Assembly: GCA_964557615.1 (NCBI GenBank)
Contig: CAZLAU010000001.1
Coordinates: forward strand, 403 to 64,402
DNA from: an uncultured Gemmatimonas sp.
Lineage (GTDB): Bacteria > Gemmatimonadota > Gemmatimonadetes > Gemmatimonadales > Gemmatimonadaceae
Length of the DNA: 64,000 nt
Direction: 5' to 3'
Below, piece by piece: positions 18,951 through 27,463 of the stretch; within the stretch, counting starts at the first letter, position 1, and each line of letters begins with the position of its first letter. Below the pieces are notes generated by a model. The model did not search any database. It was not told the DNA's origin and saw only the letters and a list, made by a program, of their open reading frames with translations. The translations under genes were made by a program, and so were the position numbers.

Positions 18951-20837
18951 TCAGCGGTTCCGCTCGATCTCCAACACCAGATTCTGGAGATCGGACGGAC
19001 TGATTCCGGGGATGCTTGCCGCCTGCGCGAGGGTTGCTGGACGCCGCACACCGAGCTTCTGTCGCGCCTCTGTGCTGAGGGACTTCATGGTGGCGTAGGG
19101 CGCACCATCGGGAAGCGAGAACGTCCCCATCGAGCGGAGCCTTTCCGCGCCGGCGCGTTCCCTCGCGAAATAGCCGGAATACTTGAGCTCGAGTTCGACG
19201 CTCACCAGCGCTTCGTCGTCATCGGGTTGCGGAAGTCCCGCCGCGGTCATGACGTCACCCAGCGACACCCCGTTTCGGCGAACGACGTCCGCTATCCTCA
19301 GCGTGTGCGCAAGCGATGCCGACCCCGCAGCTGACAACACCGGCATGGCTGCATCCGGTGTGATCCGCTCGCGCCGGGCCGATTCAAGCAGTGCTGATTC
19401 GCTCTCGAGGCGGCGCTCGATCGTCGCCCGCTCACGCTCCGTGAACAGGCCAAGCGTCATGCCCATCGTGCCCAGCCGCTGGATCGCGTTGTCTTGCCGG
19501 ACCGTCAACCGGAACTCGCTTCGGGACGTGAACAGGCGATACGGCTCGTCAACTCCCCGCGAGACAAGGTCATCCACGAGCACGCCGATGTATGACGTCT
19601 CGCGTCCGAGCGTCACCGGATCTCGTCCCGCCGCGCGACGCCCGGCGTTGATGCCGGCGAGCACACCCTGGCCGGCGGCCTCCTCGTATCCCGTCGTGCC
19701 ATTGACCTGGCCAGCGAAGAACAGCCCGGCAATGGCTCGCGACTCCAGCCACGGGTAAAGGCCGGTCGGAGCGTAGTAGTCATACTCGATGGCGTACCCC
19801 GGGCGCGTCATGTCCACGCGTTCCAGCCCGGGCACCGAACGCAGCAGGGCCAGCTGAACGTCTGCGGGCAGCGAGGTGGACAACCCGTTGACGTACATCT
19901 CAGGCGTGGCGAGTCCTTCCGGTTCGAGAAAAACCTGGTGCCTCTCGGCGTCCGGAAATCGAACGACCTTGTCCTCGATCGACGGGCAGTAACGCGGGCC
20001 ACGCGCCCCGATCGCCCCGCCGTACATGGCCGACTGGTGAAGGTGCGCCGCGACAATCTCCTTGGATTCGGCGGCTGCCCACGTCAACCAGCACGGTACC
20101 TGAGGGAGTGCGGCCACCGGCTCTGCGACGCGAGACCAGCGGTAGTGAAACGCGTGAAGCTCACTGTCTTGTCGCTGCAGCCTCCCGTAGTCGACGGTCC
20201 GCCCGTCAATTCGCGGCGGCGTACCCGTCTTGAAGCGAGCGGTCTCGAGCCCGTGCGCTTCGAGTTGACGTGCGAGCCCGCGTGTCGGCGGTTCGCCGGC
20301 GCGACCACCCGGCACCTGGATGTCCGTGCCGATGAAAATGCGACCGCGGAGAAAGGTTCCCGTGGCGACGATCACCGTGCGGCTGCGCAGAACGGAGCCG
20401 TCCGTCGTTTCCACCCCGGTCAGTGAGCCGTCAGCGGCGAAAGTGAGCGCATCCACGGTTGCATCCAGCACCGAGAGCCGCGGATGCTCGACGAGCAATG
20501 ACTGGACAGCGCTTTTGTACCGGCTACGGTCGCACTGCGCGCGCGGAGCCCACACAGCCGGCCCCTTGCCGCGGTTGAGCATCCGAAACTGGATTGCCGC
20601 ACGATCCGTCGCGCGCCCCATGATGCCGCCCAGCGCGTCGACTTCCCGCGCAACCGTCCCTTTCGCAATCCCTCCGATAGCGGGGTTGCAGGACATCTGG
20701 CCTATCAGGTCGACGCCCTTTGTGACCAGCGCGACGCGACCAGCCCCGGCCCGGGTGGCAGCAACCGCGGCCTCGACACCGGCATGGCCGCCTCCGATGA
20801 CGATCACATCAAACGACGCTGCGCTTGCATGGCTCAT
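18951..20837 (-). CDS. mnmG: tRNA uridine 5-carboxymethylaminomethyl modification enzyme MnmG (GidA)
   Basis: FAD motif VIVIGGGHAGVEAA and GQVNGTTGYEEAAGQG. The ORF is open to 20867; ATG 20837 gives the usual N-terminus. Confidence 0.93.
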   Translation of the reverse strand: MSHASAASFDVIVIGGGHAGVEAAVAATRAGAGRVALVTKGVDLIGQMSCNPAIGGIAKGTVAREVDALGGIMGRATDRAAIQFRMLNRGKGPAVWAPRAQCDRSRYKSAVQSLLVEHPRLSVLDATVDALTFAADGSLTGVETTDGSVLRSRTVIVATGTFLRGRIFIGTDIQVPGGRAGEPPTRGLARQLEAHGLETARFKTGTPPRIDGRTVDYGRLQRQDSELHAFHYRWSRVAEPVAALPQVPCWLTWAAAESKEIVAAHLHQSAMYGGAIGARGPRYCPSIEDKVVRFPDAERHQVFLEPEGLATPEMYVNGLSTSLPADVQLALLRSVPGLERVDMTRPGYAIEYDYYAPTGLYPWLESRAIAGLFFAGQVNGTTGYEEAAGQGVLAGINAGRRAAGRDPVTLGRETSYIGVLVDDLVSRGVDEPYRLFTSRSEFRLTVRQDNAIQRLGTMGMTLGLFTERERATIERRLESESALLESARRERITPDAAMPVLSAAGSASLAHTLRIADVVRRNGVSLGDVMTAAGLPQPDDDEALVSVELELKYSGYFARERAGAERLRSMGTFSLPDGAPYATMKSLSTEARQKLGVRRPATLAQAASIPGISPSDLQNLVLEIERNR

Positions 20838-20860
20838 CAGTGTTCCGGTATCGTGGCGGC

Positions 20861-21148
20861 ATGCCAATCACTCTTGCGGCAGGGGCCCCCACCATCGTTG
20901 TGCGCCGGTCGGCGTTCGAGCGGGCGAATCTCACACGTGAATCGATTGACCGAGCCCTCGTCCTGACGGAGGACGAGTTTCGTGTCGAACAGGATCTGAT
21001 CGCCATTGGTCCGATCTACGACGATGCCGGACTGACGGCTCTCATTCAGGCATTCGAAAGCGCGGGACTCGCGTATTTCGACGATTTCTTCGAAATGTCT
21101 GGTAACTGGCCCGAGTGGCTGTCACTCCTCTCGATGTCGCGCCGTTAG
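20861..21148 (+). CDS. small acidic hypothetical protein
   Basis: 95 aa from ATG 20861 (MPITLAAGAPTIVVRRSAFE...FDDFFEMSGNWPEWLSLL). Coding-like composition. No family recognised. Confidence 0.45.
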   Translation: MPITLAAGAPTIVVRRSAFERANLTRESIDRALVLTEDEFRVEQDLIAIGPIYDDAGLTALIQAFESAGLAYFDDFFEMSGNWPEWLSLLSMSRR

Positions 21149-21239
21149 CGCGATCTCGGCGCGACGGGCATGGTACCGACCTGAGAATTTCGGGCGTGCG
21201 ACAGGCCGCGGGAAAGGTACCGCACTCGCTCGGGGTGTT

Positions 21240-21284
21240 GCAGGCACCGCGACGGCGATGCCGACCGCGCGGCGTGGTGCCTGC
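21240..21284. terminator. hairpin between convergent genes
   Basis: GCAGGCACC (21240-21248) pairs with GGTGCCTGC (21276-21284). 9-bp stem, long loop, no clear U-tract. Confidence 0.3.
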
Positions 21285-21291
21285 CTGCGGA

Positions 21292-22191
21292 TCACTCGGT
21301 CAACGATGTCCCATCAGGCGGCACGCCTTGGCCAATCCGTATCGTCCGGCCGCCTGGTACCACGACCCCGACCGCCGATTCGCGAGCGGTCCCGTAGTCG
21401 CCGAAGAGGCGGCTATGGCGAAACACGTTCAGCGAAAGCATGCCGACCCGGAGCGCGAGGACGGGGTGAGAGCGGATCAGCGCCGAGTCGAATGCAAAGC
21501 CATCACGAACTTCAACTCCTCGCGGACGCGCGGACATCGCATTCAGTGCCGACGAAAGGCGCCCCGGTCCAGCGCCGCTCGTCGAGACGACGATGTCGAT
21601 CGCGGCCGGCGCGATACTCGCCCCCCTGAAGGCCGCGGCAACGGGCCCGACCACGACGAAGTCAACGCCGGCGTCAGTCAGTGAAACGAGCGATCTCAGT
21701 GGCGCAGACGCATCGGGGTGGGGCCCGGATTGCCTGATCGCGCCAAGCGCGCGCCCGAGCTGGGCATTGGCGTCGACAATAGCGGGGGCCGAGTCGGCAG
21801 CGGAAGGCGGCGTCCGCTCGCGTAACCGAGGCCGTTTTCTCGGACGGCCCCGCTTTTTTGGGACTGCCAGCAGCAGCGCCGCGGCAATTGCGAGCGCGGC
21901 ACTATCGTGGAAGCGTGCAACGTCGACGCTCACGGCGACCGCGTCATCCCCGGTCGCACGTAGTTTCACCCGGGACACGTCACGATCGAGCGCCATGATC
22001 GCGTCGGCACCCAGCACTGCGCTGGCGACAGGGACACCGATTCCTCCTGCCAGCAGGAACACCATCCGCCACCAAACCGCGTTCTCGGCAGACCGCGAGA
22101 TAGGCCGGTTTGTGCGTCGCGCGGCGTTATACAGCCACTTTGGGTCGCACCCAATCGCCATCTCGAGAGCAGAGTCAGATAGCAAAAACAC
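21292..22191 (-). CDS. hypothetical fusion protein: HTH-like N-terminus, AT-hook (KKRGRPRKRP), degenerate nucleotidyltransferase-like C-terminus
   Basis: The N-terminal ~115 aa are collinear with the 129-aa ORF at 35113-35502. The C-terminal VDFVVVGPVAAAFRGASIAPAAIDIVV resembles the GG..A...G..R.T.D.D minimal-NTase pattern with substituted residues. Start GTG 22191 or ATG 22161. Confidence 0.55.
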   Translation of the reverse strand: MFLLSDSALEMAIGCDPKWLYNAARRTNRPISRSAENAVWWRMVFLLAGGIGVPVASAVLGADAIMALDRDVSRVKLRATGDDAVAVSVDVARFHDSAALAIAAALLLAVPKKRGRPRKRPRLRERTPPSAADSAPAIVDANAQLGRALGAIRQSGPHPDASAPLRSLVSLTDAGVDFVVVGPVAAAFRGASIAPAAIDIVVSTSGAGPGRLSSALNAMSARPRGVEVRDGFAFDSALIRSHPVLALRVGMLSLNVFRHSRLFGDYGTARESAVGVVVPGGRTIRIGQGVPPDGTSLTE

Positions 22192-22368
22192 ACTCCCCAG
22201 AAGACGTCAAATAAATATAACATCTTCCTAGATTGTGCAATTTCCACCAACTGTCGACGAACCCTGCGCACGATTGCTGCGCGGGGCAACACCCGGCAAG
22301 TCAAGACAATACTAAGCTCCCGTATTTTCAGGTCAGTAATAAGCCATAATAGTCAGTTTTTAGCGCCA

Positions 22369-23337
22369 TCATTGCCAGTTTCCAAGGAATTCTGCAACGC
22401 GCTCCTCCATGTAATACCTCTCACGTAGAGGCACGCCCTCGATCCATCCCACGTGGCCGCCTCGTTGCGTGAAATCCACCGTAAGCGACGGGACGCTTTC
22501 GGCGCGAGCCGACACGCGGCGAACAACCTCCTGCGGCACAAATGGATCGTCGAATGCGCTGAACAGCAAGGTTGGGACGCGAACCTGATTGAGGAATCTG
22601 ATTGAGCTCGACTCTTCGTAGTAATGCGCGGCACTCGAGAACCCGTGGAGTGGCGCGGTCGCCACGTCGTCGAACTCCCAGATGGTCCGCGCTGCCTGAA
22701 TTGCGTCAGCGTCCAACAGGGTCGGGTACTGTCGGCACTTCTGAATCGCCTTGACTCGTAGCGTAGCGAGGAAATGGCGCGCGTATGCGCGCGAGAATCC
22801 CTTTTCGAGGTATCGAGACCCTGCCGCGAGATCAAAAGGGACGCTCACCGCGGCCGCGCGAGTCACGATCTCACGGGCTCGGGGTCCAGTTTCTCCGAGC
22901 CACTTGAGCAATACGTTGCCGCCAAGCGAAATCCCGCAGATCACCAGCGGGGTGCGTGGATGCGCGTGGGCGAAGGTCTGAACGACAAACTCAAGGTCCG
23001 ACGTTTCGCCTGAATGATACAGGCGCGGCGCCGAGTTCATCTCGCCGTCGCAGGACCGGAACAGCATGAGATCCCCCGTCCAGCCACGAGCACGGGCCTG
23101 AGTCAGGAGACCGTGAGCGTACTTTGCCCGAAGGGTGCCTTCGAGGCCGTGAAGTACCAACAAATGGGGGACGTCGGGCGTGGCGACCCCCATCCTCGCC
23201 AGCGTGATGTGATCTCCGTCCGGGGTGCGTAGACGCTCCAGGCGGTCGTGCACCATTGCTTGTTGGCGCGCCTTCTTGCCCCAAACGGTTGGCAAATGGC
23301 CACCCGGCAGCCACCAGGCCGGCTCAAATCGTCTCAT
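22369..23337 (-). CDS. alpha/beta hydrolase (YheT-like)
   Basis: Nucleophile elbow GISLGGN. 322 aa. Confidence 0.8.
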   Translation of the reverse strand: MRRFEPAWWLPGGHLPTVWGKKARQQAMVHDRLERLRTPDGDHITLARMGVATPDVPHLLVLHGLEGTLRAKYAHGLLTQARARGWTGDLMLFRSCDGEMNSAPRLYHSGETSDLEFVVQTFAHAHPRTPLVICGISLGGNVLLKWLGETGPRAREIVTRAAAVSVPFDLAAGSRYLEKGFSRAYARHFLATLRVKAIQKCRQYPTLLDADAIQAARTIWEFDDVATAPLHGFSSAAHYYEESSSIRFLNQVRVPTLLFSAFDDPFVPQEVVRRVSARAESVPSLTVDFTQRGGHVGWIEGVPLRERYYMEERVAEFLGNWQ

Positions 23338-23464
23338 TCTGCGGCCCGCGAAGGTGGATTTGATGCCGACGCCATGCGGTTGGGGGAGGCGGCAACGTCA
23401 GCGCGCTCATTATAGTATCCCGGGCGCTCGATGCTGCCGCCCGGCTGTCCTACGACGAGGAAAC

Positions 23465-23824
23465 TTGGAAGTTCAGGTCTTCGGAACCCAGAAAAGTCAG
23501 GATACACGAAAGGCCCTGCGGTTCTTCAGTGACCGACGGGTGAAGGTGCATTTCGTCAACCTCAAGGAGCGCCCGGCTAGCCGAGGCGAACTGGTGCGGT
23601 TTGTGCAGAAGTTTGGAATCACTCGACTTATCGATGTCCACTCGGCCCGATATCGCGAACTCGGCCTCTCGGCCGTTCGCTATTCCGATGACCGGTGGAT
23701 GACCTGCCTGTGCGATGAGCCCCTGATCCTGCAACAGCCGCTCGTACGACACGGGTCCAAGCTGACCATCGGGCTGGCTGACGCGGAGTGGGCGACCTGG
23801 GTTGAAGCGAGCCGGCGTCCGTGA
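23465..23824 (+). CDS. ArsC/Spx/YffB-family protein lacking the N-terminal catalytic Cys
   Basis: LEVQVFGTQKSQDTRKALRFF...LIDVHSARYRELG...LLQQPLVRHG. TTG 23465 is preceded by GAGGAAAC. Ser sits where ArsC and Spx carry Cys. Confidence 0.75.
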   Translation: MEVQVFGTQKSQDTRKALRFFSDRRVKVHFVNLKERPASRGELVRFVQKFGITRLIDVHSARYRELGLSAVRYSDDRWMTCLCDEPLILQQPLVRHGSKLTIGLADAEWATWVEASRRP

Positions 23825-24804
23825 CACTCGTCTGGGCCGGGTTTCTTCTCTTCATCTTCGTGGTGCTCGCGCTCGACCTCGGGGTGTTCAATCGCAAGGA
23901 CCACGTTCCGACTGGTCGCGAAGCGATCGCCTTCACCGTCGGGACGATCGTGTTGGCGCTGTTGTTCACGATCTTCGTGTTCGAGGCGTACCAGAACCAT
24001 TGGCAGGGCCTCGGGCTGACCCCCGATGCCCTGGACGGGCGTCCGAACGATGGTCGGAGTGCGGCGGTGAAATTCCTCACGGGCTACATCGTCGAGCTGA
24101 GCCTGTCGATGGACAACGTGTTCGTCATTGCGCTCATATTCTCGCACCTGCGGGTGCCGCCGAAGTACCAGCACCGCGTGCTGTTCTGGGGAATCCTCGG
24201 CGCACTGGCAATGCGAGGCGCGATGATTGCCGGTGGCGCTGCACTGGTCACGCGGTACCACTGGGTCATGTATGTGTTTGGCGCGTTTCTTGTGGCGACA
24301 TCCGTGAAGATGTTGCTGTCGCGGGAACGCGAGGAGGCGCCGGAGGAACGCTGGGTCGTGCGATGGCTCAACCGCCACTTCCGCGTGGCTCGCGAGTTTC
24401 ACGAGCAGCATTTTCTCGTGCGCGTGGATGGAAAGCTGTGGCTGACGCCGCTCGCTGTGGCACTGGTGCTGGTCGAGACCACGGACTTGCTGTTTGCGGT
24501 CGACTCCATCCCGGCCATCTTCGCAATCACCACCGATCCGTTCCTTGTCTTCACGTCGAACGTGTTCGCGATTCTCTGCTTGCGCTCGCTCTACTTCGGG
24601 CTCGCCGACCTGCTGAAGAAGTTCCGATACCTGAACGTATCGCTGGCCGTGATCCTCGGCCTGGTCGGGGTGAAGATGCTGGCCGGCACGTCGGTTGACC
24701 GATGGCTGGGTGAGTCGAAAAACGTGGTGATGCTGTCGGCCGTCATCGCGATCCTCGCTTTTGGGGCCGTGGCGAGCGCGATCGTCGATCGAAGGCGATC
24801 CTAG
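23821..24804 (+). CDS. TerC-family integral membrane protein
   Basis: Duplicated TerC motifs (LSMDNVFVIALIF, FAVDSIPAIFAITTDPF). GTG start overlaps the upstream stop (GTGA). Confidence 0.88.
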   Translation: MTLVWAGFLLFIFVVLALDLGVFNRKDHVPTGREAIAFTVGTIVLALLFTIFVFEAYQNHWQGLGLTPDALDGRPNDGRSAAVKFLTGYIVELSLSMDNVFVIALIFSHLRVPPKYQHRVLFWGILGALAMRGAMIAGGAALVTRYHWVMYVFGAFLVATSVKMLLSREREEAPEERWVVRWLNRHFRVAREFHEQHFLVRVDGKLWLTPLAVALVLVETTDLLFAVDSIPAIFAITTDPFLVFTSNVFAILCLRSLYFGLADLLKKFRYLNVSLAVILGLVGVKMLAGTSVDRWLGESKNVVMLSAVIAILAFGAVASAIVDRRRS

Positions 24805-24823
24805 GTCCGACACCAGCAGCGAT

Positions 24824-25435
24824 TCAGCGCCGCCCCCGCGCACCGTACCGCGGTCCAAAATCACAGCCGGTCAGGTGGTCGTTGACAAGTCCCGCGGCCT
24901 GCATGAACGCGTACGCTGTTGTCGGGCCGACGAAGGTCCATCCGCGCTTCTTGAGATCCTTCGAAAGTGCGGTCGACTCCGCCGTAAACGGCGTGCGCTG
25001 CAACGCTTGCCACGTCAGTCGCTGCGACCTCGCGCGCGCAGCTGGAGCATAGCGCCAGACAAAGTCCGCCAGCGAACCACACTCGTCCTGCAACTCCAGG
25101 CATCGCCGGGCGTTGTTGATGACACTCTCGATCTTGCCGCGGTGGCGGACGATGCCCGCGTTCCCGAGCAGCCGTGCCACCGTTTGTCCCGTGAATCGCG
25201 CGACGCGGTCGGGATCGAACCCTGCAAACGCGCTTCTGAAGTGCTCGCGCTTTCGCAGGATTGTGAGCCAGGACAGGCCGCTCTGGAACCCCTCGAGCGA
25301 AAGCTTCTCGAAAAGGCGAACGTCGCTACGAACCGGGACGCCCCATTCGGTGTCGTGGTATCGAACGTACACAGGGTCCGTACCGCACCACGCACACCGC
25401 GATACGCCGGCTTCAATTCTCAGTCCACTGGGCAC
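24824..25435 (-). CDS. tag: DNA-3-methyladenine glycosylase I
   Basis: CAWC...YVRYHDTEWGVP and the conserved Tag core. Confidence 0.9.
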   Translation of the reverse strand: MPSGLRIEAGVSRCAWCGTDPVYVRYHDTEWGVPVRSDVRLFEKLSLEGFQSGLSWLTILRKREHFRSAFAGFDPDRVARFTGQTVARLLGNAGIVRHRGKIESVINNARRCLELQDECGSLADFVWRYAPAARARSQRLTWQALQRTPFTAESTALSKDLKKRGWTFVGPTTAYAFMQAAGLVNDHLTGCDFGPRYGARGRR

Positions 25436-25528
25436 GTCGAGAAGATAATCGTGCCGGAGGGGTCGCTCTTCCGGCCCCGACCCGGAAACGCGAACTTCTC
25501 CCGACCCTGATCGACAGGATGTAATGCG

Positions 25529-26809
25529 ATGACTTCACGACGAAGATTTGTTGGTGCGACTGGGGCCGGCCTGGCCGGGGCAATGCTCGGGCGCACACCG
25601 CTGGCGAATGCCCAAGCGCCGACCGACCTTCCGCCCGCAATCAGGGCGCTGCAGTCGATGCGGCGTGAGGCGCGCCCGATCACAGTTGATGAACGTCGCG
25701 CCCGAATTGAGCGTGCCCGCAGGTTGATGCGTGATGCGGGGCACGACGCGCTCTTTCTGACCGGCGGCACGTCACTCGAGTATTTCACGGGAATACGATG
25801 GGGGCTGTCCGAGCGACTTCTTGCAGCCGTGATTCCCGTGACTGGTGCGGCGTTTCTGGTCACTCCAAAGTTTGAGGAAGAGCGCGCCATGGAGCAGGCG
25901 CGTGAGGGGCCACTTGGCGCCGAGGCATCAGTGTACGCGTGGGAAGAAGACGAGGACCCGTTCGCGCTGGTCGCGCTTGGATTGCGCAGCCGCGGCTTGG
26001 CGACGGCGACCGTCGGAGTCGAAGAAACCGTCCGTTTCGTGTTCTCGAACGGCATCGCAGCGTTACCGGCCGTTCAAGCGGTGAGCGGCACGCCCGTGAC
26101 GGCCGGATGCCGATCCATCAAGGATGCCCACGAGATCGAGCTGATGCGACTTGCGAGTCGCGTCACGTTTCTGGCGTATGAAGCCGCGTGGAAATCACTA
26201 CGGGATGGAATGACGCAGGGCGAATTCGCGGCGTTGGTGCAGGTCGCCCACCGGCAACTCGGGTTCGACGGCTCGGCAGGAGTCCAGGTTGGCAGGTACT
26301 CCGCACTGCCTCACGGATCCGCGACTCCGCAGACTATTCGCGAGGGAACGATCCTGTTGATTGACGGCGGATGCAAGGTGGAAGGGTACAGCTCGGACCT
26401 CTCCCGGACATTCGTTCTTGGCAAGCCCACACCGCGAATGGTGGAGGTGTTTGACATCGAGCTGCGGGCCCAGTCCGCAGCGCTGAACGCGGCTCGGCCA
26501 GGCGTGCCCTGCGAGGCGGTCGATGCTGCCGCGCGCAAGGTGATCTCGGACGCTGGCTATGGCTCCGGATACCGGTACTTCACCCACCGAGTCGGGCACG
26601 GAATGGGGATGGATGGCCACGAGTGGCCCTATCTGGTCCGTGGAAATCGCCTCGCGCTGCAGCCCGGAATGGTGTTCAGCGACGAGCCGGGGATTTACAT
26701 TCCCGGTGAGTTCGGGGTTCGACTCGAGGACGATATGGTGATCACCGACGCGGGCGCGGAGCTGTTCACTCCGCAGTCGCGCAGCCTCGAGCGCCCATTC
26801 GAGACCTAA
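25529..26809 (+). CDS. M24-family Xaa-Pro peptidase with Tat-type signal peptide
   Basis: SRRRFVGATGAGLAGAML twin-arginine leader. Metal-ligand blocks DGGCKVEGYSSDLSRTF, HRVGHGMG, EPGIY and RLED. Confidence 0.85.
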   Translation: MTSRRRFVGATGAGLAGAMLGRTPLANAQAPTDLPPAIRALQSMRREARPITVDERRARIERARRLMRDAGHDALFLTGGTSLEYFTGIRWGLSERLLAAVIPVTGAAFLVTPKFEEERAMEQAREGPLGAEASVYAWEEDEDPFALVALGLRSRGLATATVGVEETVRFVFSNGIAALPAVQAVSGTPVTAGCRSIKDAHEIELMRLASRVTFLAYEAAWKSLRDGMTQGEFAALVQVAHRQLGFDGSAGVQVGRYSALPHGSATPQTIREGTILLIDGGCKVEGYSSDLSRTFVLGKPTPRMVEVFDIELRAQSAALNAARPGVPCEAVDAAARKVISDAGYGSGYRYFTHRVGHGMGMDGHEWPYLVRGNRLALQPGMVFSDEPGIYIPGEFGVRLEDDMVITDAGAELFTPQSRSLERPFET

Positions 26810-26864
26810 TTTTGATTTCAGGCGCCTTGTAATCAACCGACTAGGCAAGGCCAGCGAGCGAGTA

Positions 26865-26879
26865 TAACATTTTATGTTA
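26865..26879. promoter_or_regulatory. palindrome in the AT-rich leader of the 26909 cassette
   Basis: TAACAT-TTT-ATGTTA, 30 bp upstream of ATG 26909. Confidence 0.35.
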
Positions 26880-26908
26880 CAATGGGTTTCATATTTCATA
26901 GATAAGAT

Positions 26909-27463
26909 ATGTCCGGTTTGAGGCCTGGTGATATCGTCATTGCGCTGGAACTCGTTCTGGCCGGCGGAAATCGGTTATCCGACATCGCCGCCGGAACGTG
27001 CCGAAGTGTCGGCGAGGTGCATAACGCGCTACGCCGACTCGAGTCGTCGCGGCTGCTGAAGCCAGGGACGCGACAGATATACACGGATCCACTGTTCAGC
27101 TTCCTTCGGTGGGGCGTCCCGGTAGCCTTTCCGGCCAAGATCGGAGGGCTCACCCCAGGCGTACCAACCGCCCGACTGGGAATCGTCGTTTCGCCGGGAA
27201 CCGACTCCGTTGGCCAGGCTGATGCGGCCAATGGTCCGTTGTTGGCAGGGGAGTTTGTGTGGCCCAGCCGAAGCGGTACAAGCCGCGGACAGGCGCTGAC
27301 GCCCCTGTACCCAGCCGCCGCCCGGCTTGTCTCGGCAAACCCTCGGCTCTACACGGCGCTTACTCTGGTCGACTTACTCCGGGTTGGCGGATTGCGGGAG
27401 CAATCCGCCGCAATGGACGCGATTGTCAGGCATCTCACGCCCGCTCAACCAACACCACCGTGA
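26909..27463 (+). CDS. hypothetical winged-HTH protein (AbiEi-like position)
   Basis: The N-terminal RLSDIAAGTCRSVGEVHNALRRLESSRLLK looks like a wHTH. Unassigned C-terminal domain. Stop overlaps the next start (GTGA). Confidence 0.55.
   Translation: MSGLRPGDIVIALELVLAGGNRLSDIAAGTCRSVGEVHNALRRLESSRLLKPGTRQIYTDPLFSFLRWGVPVAFPAKIGGLTPGVPTARLGIVVSPGTDSVGQADAANGPLLAGEFVWPSRSGTSRGQALTPLYPAAARLVSANPRLYTALTLVDLLRVGGLREQSAAMDAIVRHLTPAQPTPP

Noticed and set aside
23338-23464. Possible yybP-ykoY (Mn) riboswitch upstream of the arsC-like/TerC pair
   Set aside because: Only a GGGGAG block is present. The other conserved elements of the motif (for example the GAGAC-containing 3' half) were not found by eye. 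A covariance-model scan (Rfam RF00080) would be needed.
23680-24864. 394-aa minus-strand ORF
   Set aside because: It is antisense to the TerC-family gene, which has clear duplicated TerC motifs. The ORF has an Arg/Glu/His-rich low-complexity translation.
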